A stretch of 24,000 nt of DNA from Desulfovibrionaceae bacterium (GCA_963667575.2 CAXXHY010000042.1:115934-139933), one strand, 5' to 3'. Positions 1 through 7,332 are shown, counted from the first letter of the stretch. Translations and numbers: made by a program. The notes: generated by a model not told the origin, from the letters alone.

Positions 1-743
1 GTCTGGCCTGGTACGCGGGCGGCATGCTGCTGGTGGCCATCTGGATGCCCAAAATTCCGGCCCTGCTGGCCTGCGCGCCCAATGCCTGCATGGGCGCCGT
101 ACTGATCTACACGGCAGCCTTTCTGCTGACCACCGGCATGCAGCTGGTGGGTTCGCGTATGCTGGATGAACGGCGTTTGTTCATGGTGGGTTTTTCCATT
201 ATCGCGGGCTTGTCCGCAAAGTACGCGCCCTGGCTGTTCACCCACTTTCCGGACTGGCTCCATCCGCTGACCTCCACGCCCCTGACCATGGCCACGGCCA
301 CGGCCATGGTCCTGAATCTGCTCTTCCGCATCGGGATCAAAAAAAAGGTCGCTGCGGACTGGATCCCCGGTCAGACTCCGGCCACCGAAGTCTACGGCTT
401 TCTCGAACACTGGGGGCGCAAATGGGGGGCGCGTCCGGAGGTGATTCAGCGGGCCACGCAGTGTCTGCTGGAAATGTACGAAATTCTTTCCGGACCAGAG
501 GGGGCATCGGGCGGAATTCAGGTCAACGCCCAGTACAACGAGTTCAAACTGGTTCTGCAGCTTCGCTACGAGGGGCAACCCCTGGATTTTTCCGCACCCC
601 GGCCTGTTCATGGGGAACTGCTGGCCAGCGATACGGCCCTGATGCGGCACGCCCTGCACCTCGTACGCAGCATGTCTCAAAAAGCCGAGTGCCGCAGCGT
701 ACGCAACGGCAGCCGGATCATCCGTCTGGAATTCGATCACTGA
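1..743 (+). CDS. 3' part of an NCS2 (xanthine/uracil-type) permease gene with a ~130-aa soluble C-terminal extension; 5' end lies off-window
   Basis: Frame 3 is open from the window edge, with no stop before the Met at 24. The hydrophobic helices (...PNACMGAVLIYTAAFLLTTGMQLVGSRML...; ...TPLTMATATAMVLNLLFRIG) resemble the last TMs of NCS2 permeases. A non-hydrophobic tail follows, ending at TGA 741-743. The family call is from memory. Confidence 0.6.
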   Translation, partial: LAWYAGGMLLVAIWMPKIPALLACAPNACMGAVLIYTAAFLLTTGMQLVGSRMLDERRLFMVGFSIIAGLSAKYAPWLFTHFPDWLHPLTSTPLTMATATAMVLNLLFRIGIKKKVAADWIPGQTPATEVYGFLEHWGRKWGARPEVIQRATQCLLEMYEILSGPEGASGGIQVNAQYNEFKLVLQLRYEGQPLDFSAPRPVHGELLASDTALMRHALHLVRSMSQKAECRSVRNGSRIIRLEFDH

Positions 744-788
744 TTCGAAAAGCGTTTGAGCGGATTGTTTTGATCCAGGCAGCAGACC

Positions 789-814
789 AAAGAAAAGGGG
801 GCGTTTCCGCCCCC
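789..814 (-). terminator. rho-independent terminator of the 844..1611 gene
   Basis: Stem GGGGGCG (797-803), loop TTTC, stem CGCCCCC (808-814). On the minus strand the hairpin is followed by TTTTCTTT. It lies 30 nt past the stop codon. Confidence 0.75.
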
Positions 815-843
815 TGGTGTATGTTCGTATTTATTGGCCGCCG

Positions 844-1611
844 TCAGCTTTTCCGGCGGATTTTCCACATTCCCAGCAGGCCGATGAGGCCGAAGAGCAG
901 GGCCAGCTGCAAGGGAGTTGCCGCTGGTACGCCGCTGCTGCCGCCGCCGCCGATTTCTCCTGCGCTGTAATCAATGAGCGCGTTGACCAGCTCGTTTCTG
1001 TTGCCTCCATTGGGGCTGTCCAGAACATTGACGTCCAGAATGCTGGTAAGTCTGCCTGTGGGGGCATTGGTCAGCGATCCTGGAGTCCATGCCGCGGCGG
1101 ATCCTGTGGTTGTGCTGCTTGGCTCGTTGGTGATGAAGGTTCCCGTTCCCAAAGCTTCGAATTTGCCGCAGTAAAGGTACGTTACCGAACTGGCTTCGGT
1201 ATTCCACGGAGAATTGATCGTCTGGGAATTATTGCCGGCTGTAGTGCTGGAAATGGTCACGGTTCCGCCGCCGGCGGCAAGAATGGCCGCTGCAACGCTG
1301 TCGTTTCTGGTCTTATAGGTAGTCCCTTCCCCCAAAAGAAAAACCGCTTTGCCACTGGCAAGGAAACTGACCAGAAGCGCAATATCACCCGCGCTGAGAG
1401 CAGTGTTATATCGTATGTCCCAGACCTGATCGTATGCTGAAATGTCCGCGGGCATGGAAGTGGCTTGCGTCACATCCGTATGCCCTTTGGCAACAAGCAA
1501 GGCTTGCAGGTTATTTTGATTGTAATTCTGGTGGACAATGAGCACTTTGTCGGCCAATGCGGGTGTTGCCCAGATTAAAACACATAAAACAATCAATACT
1601 GCTTTTTTCAT
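844..1611 (-). CDS. secreted hypothetical protein with a C-terminal PEP-CTERM/IPTL-CTERM-like sorting signal
   Basis: 255-aa ORF. The SD GAGGGGA lies just upstream of the ATG. Signal peptide: MKKAVLIVLCVLIWATPALA. The body is Ser/Thr/Gly-rich. The C-terminus is GGGGSSGVPAATPLQLALLFGLIGLLGMWKIRRKS (motif, TM helix, basic tail). It has its own terminator. Confidence 0.85.
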   Translation of the reverse strand: MKKAVLIVLCVLIWATPALADKVLIVHQNYNQNNLQALLVAKGHTDVTQATSMPADISAYDQVWDIRYNTALSAGDIALLVSFLASGKAVFLLGEGTTYKTRNDSVAAAILAAGGGTVTISSTTAGNNSQTINSPWNTEASSVTYLYCGKFEALGTGTFITNEPSSTTTGSAAAWTPGSLTNAPTGRLTSILDVNVLDSPNGGNRNELVNALIDYSAGEIGGGGSSGVPAATPLQLALLFGLIGLLGMWKIRRKS

Positions 1612-2408
1612 GCTATCCCCTCGTACATGTTGATTCCCCTAAGTTTTGCGAAATATTCCATTGCCATGTTTTGTATTAAACAAAAATTATATATACTGAT
1701 GCTTTGTATCACATTTTGAAAGACGTTCGATATAACAATGAAAGGCTTCGAACATTCCATTGCTGATTTTTTTAATCTCAATAACAGAATATTTTGTGCA
1801 TCGATTATGCATAAAATTATAAAAGTACATAGGATTTTATAAAAAATTAATAACGTACGACTTAAATAGCAGAACAACTTATACTACAGAACTTAGAAAG
1901 ACCTCAATCTTAACAAGCCAAGACTTAGCAAAGTATCTGTACGTCATCGGATCAGAGTGAGAAAAACTCAATATGTTTACTTTATAGAATACTTTGAGTT
2001 CTGAGTCAATGGGGGGGGAGATTTTGGTTGGTAGAGTGTGCAATATATAAAAGATATTCTCTATTGCCGTGTTTTTAATGGTATCAGCATTTTATGTAAA
2101 AATAAAATGTTAAAATATTAAATTTAGTTATTTACTAATAGGTAAAATATGAAACCAGGAGGACACTGATTTGCTTCTGCTCGGATCTTGTCTAACACTG
2201 ATAGGCATAGGGGATTTATGCCAGATGGCGATTTCTCTGGACCTAAACTAGCTGAAATGTTGAATTTCAGATGTTTGAGGTCTGGAATTGCTGGTCTGCC
2301 ATAGTTCCTGATTCTTTTTTCTCTGGACCTCGTATGCGGCATGGCAGGAAAATTGACTTTTTCTTCGTGCATATATGTTGTTAAATTTTTTACTTGAATT
2401 TAGATCAT

Positions 2409-2434
2409 AAAAAAGGGCCAGCAGGCCCTTTTTT
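2409..2434. terminator. symmetric (bidirectional) rho-independent terminator; serves the 2456..3025 gene
   Basis: AAAAAA-GGGCC-AGCA-GGCCC-TTTTTT. The U-tract is present on either strand. It lies 22 nt past the stop at 2456. Confidence 0.8.
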
Positions 2435-2455
2435 ATATCAATCGAGCGTATTCGT

Positions 2456-3025
2456 TCAGCTTCTGCTGCGTTTGCGCAGAATCACAAAGGTTCCGGCGGC
2501 CAGCAGCAGGGCAATCAGACCGTACTGCCAGGGCGTTGCCGCAGGCGTATCCGAAGCCATGATGATGCCGAAGTACAGGTCACTGCTTGAACTGGCAACA
2601 CCATTCAAAATGAGAGTTCCCCCCGCGTACGTGTCGGACCCGCTGCTATATAAAAGATTAACGGGGGTGGTGGTATTGACAAGATAGAAATTATACGTAC
2701 TGCCGCTGGCAACGTTTACGGATCCGTTCAGATCAATGGTCTGGACGCCGGTTCCGGAAAGCGTAACGGTTTGCATGATTAGATAGTTTCCAGAGGCGGT
2801 GGAACCGCTACGGACATACAGTGTGAATGTGGTAGCGGTGGACGATTGAAAGTTGAGTGTAATGGATTTCACGGTACCGGTGCTGTCTGCCGTCCAGCTC
2901 TGGCCGATCTTGGTTTGAGTGGTGGTGTAACTGGACCCCGAAAAGTAGTTGGTGACATCGGCTTGGCAGACAGAGGCGGAAAGCAGCAAAAGACAGGAAC
3001 AGATGAGTGTCAGACAAGTTTTCAT
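2456..3025 (-). CDS. secreted Ser/Thr-rich beta-type hypothetical protein with the same C-terminal sorting signal as 844..1611
   Basis: I moved the start to the internal ATG at 3025, because GGAAGGG lies 7 nt upstream and the product then begins with the signal peptide MKTCLTLICSCLLLLSASVCQA. The C-terminus is SDTPAATPWQYGLIALLLAAGTFVILRKRSRS. Confidence 0.85.
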   Translation of the reverse strand: MKTCLTLICSCLLLLSASVCQADVTNYFSGSSYTTTQTKIGQSWTADSTGTVKSITLNFQSSTATTFTLYVRSGSTASGNYLIMQTVTLSGTGVQTIDLNGSVNVASGSTYNFYLVNTTTPVNLLYSSGSDTYAGGTLILNGVASSSSDLYFGIIMASDTPAATPWQYGLIALLLAAGTFVILRKRSRS

Positions 3026-3260
3026 GATTAACCCTTCCTGGAATATAGTGAAATATTTTTTTAATACGAATTTAATATACTTATGGCTAAACAAAGTAAA
3101 TATTTAACTATTGTAGGATATTTCCTTCAAAAGGGTAGGTTTTTTGGGGGAAAGTTCCGAGAAACCAAAAGGTGGAAAGGAAAGGCGTTGCCTGAGGCTT
3201 ATGTAAAAAGACAAAAATTGCAGGGGTATTTCCGCCAGGGCACTTGATAGGGAAGTGATG

Positions 3261-3306
3261 GAAAAATGCAGAGCCGCAGAAATCGTGAAAGTTCCTGCGG
3301 CTCTGC
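3261..3306 (-). terminator. rho-independent terminator downstream of the small ORF 3360..3518
   Basis: Perfect 12-bp stem: GCAGAGCCGCAG (3268-3279) pairs with CTGCGGCTCTGC (3295-3306), with a 15-nt loop. On the minus strand it is followed by A-TTTTT. Confidence 0.6.
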
Positions 3307-3359
3307 TGTTTCAAAAATGGAGCTCAAATCCTGCGGCGCTCCATCTGTGGAAAATAGAA

Positions 3360-3518
3360 TTATGCGGCATTCATGGCTGTCCCGGCTTGATTTATACCCG
3401 GAGCGCTTGAAAATGGTTCGCCTTCAAAGGTTTTTCCAACAGGCGCATATTCTGCATCGCAAAAACTGGCAACAAGGAGCAAAAGGCAGCAAATGATGCC
3501 GACAATGCACAATTTCAT
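3360..3518 (-). CDS. small (52 aa) putative secreted peptide
   Basis: ATG at 3518 is preceded by GAAGG 6 nt upstream. The N-terminus MKLCIVGIICCLLLLVASFC looks like a signal peptide, followed by a 32-aa polar tail. A hairpin terminator lies downstream. The ORF is short, so coding status is not secure. Confidence 0.45.
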   Translation of the reverse strand: MKLCIVGIICCLLLLVASFCDAEYAPVGKTFEGEPFSSAPGINQAGTAMNAA

Positions 3519-4032
3519 AACAAACCTTCGTATTGGATAAAAGTTCAATAAAAAAACGCTTTTAGTCCCTCCGATCGCGTAAAGTCAATATTGATAATAT
3601 ATTAGTTTGTTCTGCTTGATATATTGAACTTTTTACTCAGGAACGCATAAAGCAAGAAAAACGAGTAAAAAAACTGTAATATCCTTTGGTTGTCGAAGGG
3701 AGAAAAAGGGCGGGAAAATTTTGTTTTTTTCGGCCCAACAGAAAAAACCGGGAAAAAAGCACTGGCCGAAATAAAAGGTTTGGGGTAAAGACTCTGAATC
3801 GAAAGACGAATGCACCTGTGGAGCCTGTTCAGACGCCTGGCGTCTCAATTGATCTCTTCTTATCCGGCAGGTAATCGGTGCACTTTGAACAGCCCGTATG
3901 GGATACCCGCGATGGTATGTCCGACCGTGCTTTCAGTCACGCCCCTGATTGTAAGCCCCTTAGTTCCGGTTGTGGCAGCCCCTGCCCTCGCGGGTATTTT
4001 TTTGCCCTGTGAACAGGGGCCGTGATACGGGT

Positions 4033-4611
4033 TCAGGGCCGGTCGTTTCTGCCCCAGAGCGTAAAACTCTGGCCGGGGAGAAACTCATGTGCGCCGGTCT
4101 GCGTATAACCTGCATCCTCCATGATGCTGCGGATTTTTCCCAGCGGCGAGACATGGCCGAACAGGGTGATGGGACTCCAGAGCGGTCCCGGCAGGTAGTC
4201 GATGATGGCGACCCGCCCCTGGGGCTGGAGATGGTTTCTGAGGCCGGCGAAGCATTGGCCTGGGTTCTTGATTTCGTGGAACACGCTGCGGGTGAAGACC
4301 AGGTCCAGACCTGCCTCTGGCAGGGGCAGGGGCGTCTGGGAGGCCAGCACGGGTTCGATATTCCGCAGGGCCTGTTTGCGGGATTGCCGCATCACGAAAT
4401 CCAGATATTTTTCCTTGATGTCCGCCGCGTAGACCTTGCCCGTAGCACCCACCAGCCGGGCGAACGCCATTGAGTAATAGCCGCCGCCGGATCCGAAATC
4501 CAGAACGGTCTGTCCGGGTTGCAGTGCGAGGGCCTGCAGGATGGCATCGGCTTTTTTGTTGGGACGGGCTGCTTCGTAATTCAGGGCATGTAGAAAAAGA
4601 TTGCCGAACAT
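4033..4611 (-). CDS. class I SAM-dependent methyltransferase
   Basis: 192-aa ORF. Motif I is VLDFGSGGGYYS, with acidic post-I AADI and LDLVFTRSVFHE. GGAG SD lies 7 nt upstream of the ATG. Confidence 0.85.
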   Translation of the reverse strand: MFGNLFLHALNYEAARPNKKADAILQALALQPGQTVLDFGSGGGYYSMAFARLVGATGKVYAADIKEKYLDFVMRQSRKQALRNIEPVLASQTPLPLPEAGLDLVFTRSVFHEIKNPGQCFAGLRNHLQPQGRVAIIDYLPGPLWSPITLFGHVSPLGKIRSIMEDAGYTQTGAHEFLPGQSFTLWGRNDRP

Positions 4612-4633
4612 TGCTTTGCTCCGGTTGCTGATG

Positions 4634-4661
4634 AAATAAAAAGGGAGGCCTTTGCCTCCCC
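4634..4661 (-). terminator. rho-independent terminator of pspABC
   Basis: The minus strand reads GGGAGGC-AAAG-GCCTCCC followed by TTTTTATTT. It begins 44 nt after the pspC stop. Confidence 0.8.
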
Positions 4662-4704
4662 GTTATTCATATCAATTATGCATGGTGCGTCTTTGTGTCG
4701 CGCT

Positions 4705-5103
4705 TCAACTGCGGCTTTGAAAACGGCGTTCCCAGTCAAAATCCCTGCTGGTGACAATATGTTCCATACGCTGGATGCGCCGGTCCAGGTTGTCGAATTT
4801 GCGTTTCAGCCGCTGCAGTGCCATGCCCCGTGAACCCGTGTAGGAGTTGTAGAACTCGCGTTCGGAGGTGTCCTTGAAAGGCACCACGGGTTCGGGTTTC
4901 ATGAGCAGGCCGCCCAGCAGGTAGAGCCCGGCAGCGGGCCAGAGTCCGGTGAACAGCAGCAGCAGCACGGCAACCACGCGGACCCAGAATACATTCAGGT
5001 CGAAATAGCTGGCCAATCCGCGGCAGACCCCCAGGATCATGCCCTTGCGCGAGCGGTACAATCCGCGATCCTTTCTGTCCGTTCTATTCCGTACGCATGC
5101 CAT
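4705..5103 (-). CDS. pspC: envelope stress response membrane protein PspC
   Basis: LYRSRKGMILGVCRGLASYFDLNVFWVRVVAVLL matches the PspC N-terminal domain pattern. It has one TM helix. The C-terminal RIQRMEHIVTSRDFDWERRFQ parallels E. coli PspC ...REMERYVTSDTFTLRRKF. GAGGAG SD is present. It overlaps pspB by 20 nt. Confidence 0.85.
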   Translation of the reverse strand: MACVRNRTDRKDRGLYRSRKGMILGVCRGLASYFDLNVFWVRVVAVLLLLFTGLWPAAGLYLLGGLLMKPEPVVPFKDTSEREFYNSYTGSRGMALQRLKRKFDNLDRRIQRMEHIVTSRDFDWERRFQSRS

Positions 5104-5380
5104 CGTCGTTCTCCTCGTAGTTGTCCCGGCGGCTCTTGCGTCCGTTGCCCTGGTCGCTGTCCTGGTCCAGAATCAGCGTTTCCAGGGCCTCGATACGATT
5201 TTCCATCCGGTTGAGGCTGTTGTAGATCTCCTGGATCATACGCGCTTCGCTTTCGCTCTCTTCGCTGTCCTGACCCGAGCCGTTGCCTCGCAAGGCTTTG
5301 AATACCAGAACGGCAAGCAAGGTGAGCACGAGTACGCCTATCAGCATCATGCCCATGACGGCTCCCATGAAATGAAACAT
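5084..5380 (-). CDS. pspB: PspB-like envelope stress response membrane protein
   Basis: It has a single N-terminal TM helix, then ARMIQEIYNSLNRMENRIEALETLILD, which resembles PspB ...RMRERIQALESILD. It sits between pspA and pspC, with a GGAGG SD. It carries an extra acidic C-terminal tail. Confidence 0.7.
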   Translation of the reverse strand: MFHFMGAVMGMMLIGVLVLTLLAVLVFKALRGNGSGQDSEESESEARMIQEIYNSLNRMENRIEALETLILDQDSDQGNGRKSRRDNYEENDDGMRTE

Positions 5381-5445
5381 AGATACAGCCTCCTGAATGA
5401 ATTTTCCGCTCTATCCTGCCACGCAAGCCTCGCGGCTGCAAAGCA

Positions 5446-6111
5446 TTACTTGCCTGCTTCGCGTTCCTTTTTCAATTCCTCGAGCTCCTGCTGGATCTCG
5501 TCTTCGCCTTCGAGCAGAGCGAATTCATCGGCCAGGTTGGGTTTGCGGGTCGGATTGATGATTTCGGCTTCGGCTTCCATACGCTCGATACGCTGTTCGA
5601 ACTGCTCAAAGCGCATCATGGCGTCGGAACTCTGGGCCTTGCGGATGTCCTGCTGGGCCTTTTTCTTGGAAGAGGCGCGGATGTGGCGCTGCACCAGCAC
5701 GCGCTGCCGCTCCTGAGCGGTCTTGAGCTTTTCTTCCAGCTGCATGATGTCGTCCTGGGACTGTTTGATCAACTCGTCCAGGTAAGCGGCTTCAGCCTGC
5801 AACTGTTCCACCCGTTCTTCCCAGCGGCGCTTTTCCACCAGGGCTTCCTTGGCCAGGTCTTCGCGTCCCTTGTCCACCGCCAGCACGGCCCGGTCCTTCC
5901 AGGTCCGTACGTGCTGCTGCAGGTCGTCCAGTTCGCGTCCGACCTTTTTGCGATCGGCCATGGTACCCGCGCAGGAGGCCTTGATTTCCACCAGGGTTTC
6001 CTCCATTTCGCGGATCATCAGGCGGACCATCTTTTCCGGATCTTCAGCCTTGTCCAGCATGGCGTTGATGTTGGATCCGACTATGTCTCTGAAACGTGTG
6101 AAAATACCCAT
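5446..6111 (-). CDS. pspA: phage shock protein A (PspA/IM30 family)
   Basis: I moved the start to the ATG at 6111, because AAGGAGG lies 6 nt upstream. MGIFTRFRDIVGSNINAMLDKAEDPEKMVRLMIREMEETLVE is near-collinear with E. coli PspA [42 protein letters not shown]. The rest is coiled-coil. Confidence 0.95.
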   Translation of the reverse strand: MGIFTRFRDIVGSNINAMLDKAEDPEKMVRLMIREMEETLVEIKASCAGTMADRKKVGRELDDLQQHVRTWKDRAVLAVDKGREDLAKEALVEKRRWEERVEQLQAEAAYLDELIKQSQDDIMQLEEKLKTAQERQRVLVQRHIRASSKKKAQQDIRKAQSSDAMMRFEQFEQRIERMEAEAEIINPTRKPNLADEFALLEGEDEIQQELEELKKEREAGK

Positions 6112-6152
6112 GACAGCCTCCTTTGGCATGATTGCGTTCGTTTTCTTTCTTA

Positions 6153-6169
6153 AAGCAGAAGACGTGCCA
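6153..6169 (-). promoter_or_regulatory. sigma54 (-24/-12) promoter of pspABC
   Basis: The minus strand reads TGGCACGTCTTCTGCTT. GG and GC are 12 nt apart, as in the consensus TGGCACG-N4-TTGCW. It lies ~40 nt upstream of the pspA ATG, and the divergent gene encodes a sigma54 activator. Confidence 0.8.
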
Positions 6170-6303
6170 AATTAAGTCAAACTGCTAACCTACTGAATTA
6201 ATGAGAATAGTATAATTGTCTTGGAATGATTAGTGTGGTAAAATTTACTTTATAATAGTTGAAACAATAAAAAGTGCATAATTTTACCAGCAATGGAGGC
6301 GGC

Positions 6304-7332
6304 ATGGCACCGGATAATTTGCCGAGGCACGCGTTGGATATCGAACCGCTGGGCAGCTCCGAGGTTTTTCTGGAGTTCAGCGAACAGCTGACCCAGGCCG
6401 CCCGGGTGGAGCGTCCGGTGCTGCTTGTGGGCGAGCGGGGCACGGGCAAGGAACTGGCCGCGGCCAGGCTGCATTTTCTCTCCGAACGGTGGGAAGGCCC
6501 CTGGGTGGCCCTGAACTGCGCGGCCGTGGCCCCGGAGCTGGCCGAATCCGAGCTGTTCGGCCACGAAACCGGCGCCTTTACCGGCGCGGTGTCCCGGCGC
6601 ATTGGACGATTTGAGGCAGCGGATACGGGCACTCTGTTTCTGGACGAACTCGGGCAGCTCTCCCTGGAGGCCCAGGGCAAAATACTGCGTACGGTGGAGT
6701 ATGGGGTGTTCGAGCGTATCGGCAGTACGCGGACACTGCGTACTGATGTGCGGGTGGTGGCGGCCACCAATGCGGACCTGCCTGCCATGGCGGCCAAAGG
6801 GGAATTTCGCGCGGACCTGCTGGACCGGCTCAGCTTTCTGGTGCTGACCCTGCCGCCCCTGCGCGCGCGTGGTGAGGATATCCTGCTGCTGGCCAACCAC
6901 TTCGCGCAGCGTATGGCGCAGGAACTCAGGTTGCCGGGGTTGGTGTATTTCGGACCGCGCGCCCTGGAGCAGCTGGCCGACCATCCCTGGCCCGGCAATA
7001 TCCGCGAACTCAAGAACACGGTGGAGCGTTCGGTATTCCATACGCAGGGGGAGGAGATCGAAACCCTGGATCTGGACCCATTTGATTCGCCCTGGCGGAT
7101 GGGCGGAACAGATACCACATCCCGTACGCGGCAGATTTCCGAAGCGTCTCCATTGTCGATGGAATCTTTGCCGTCCGATCTGGATGGGGTTTTGCGGGAC
7201 TACACCATCGGGGCGCTGCGTCAGGCTCTGGAAGAGAGCAGGCACAATCAACGTACCGCGGCCGAACGCCTGGGCCTCAGTTACAACCGCTTTCGCGGAT
7301 TGTACCGGAAGTACGAGGCGGAGCTGTCGTGA
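6304..7332 (+). CDS. pspF: sigma54-dependent transcriptional activator, PspF-like (no N-terminal regulatory domain)
   Basis: Start taken at ATG 6304 (GGAGG at 6295-6299). Walker A is GERGTGKE, the GAFTGA loop is HETGAFTGA, Walker B is LFLDELG, plus PWPGNIRELKN. The C-terminal Fis-type HTH is NQRTAAERLGLSYNRFRGLYRKY. It is divergent from pspA. Confidence 0.88.
   Translation: MAPDNLPRHALDIEPLGSSEVFLEFSEQLTQAARVERPVLLVGERGTGKELAAARLHFLSERWEGPWVALNCAAVAPELAESELFGHETGAFTGAVSRRIGRFEAADTGTLFLDELGQLSLEAQGKILRTVEYGVFERIGSTRTLRTDVRVVAATNADLPAMAAKGEFRADLLDRLSFLVLTLPPLRARGEDILLLANHFAQRMAQELRLPGLVYFGPRALEQLADHPWPGNIRELKNTVERSVFHTQGEEIETLDLDPFDSPWRMGGTDTTSRTRQISEASPLSMESLPSDLDGVLRDYTIGALRQALEESRHNQRTAAERLGLSYNRFRGLYRKYEAELS

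Noticed and set aside
1608-2372. ORFs 1608..1877 and 2124..2372 in the AT-rich leader. A 26-codon plus-strand ORF (TTG 2171 to TAG 2251, MLLLGSCLTLIGIGDLCQMAISLDLN) lies 8 nt after a perfect AGGAGG (2157-2162).
   Set aside because: The two long ones are Ile/Phe/Asn/Lys-rich AT-driven frames with no SD. The short one has a good SD but a non-ATG start, a tiny size and no terminator. That is not enough to call a gene.
3913-3960. Resemblance of CGCGATGG...CTGAT to the fluoride (crcB) riboswitch core.
   Set aside because: I could not form the required P1 stem or the pseudoknot pairing. The AACCGCC-like linker is absent, and there is no downstream plus-strand gene.
3108-4025. ORFs 3108..3314, 3266..3496, 3633..3848, 3686..3874 and 3810..4025.
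   Set aside because: They have no SD sequences and implausible composition. Several overlap terminator hairpins or each other. None has a recognisable motif.
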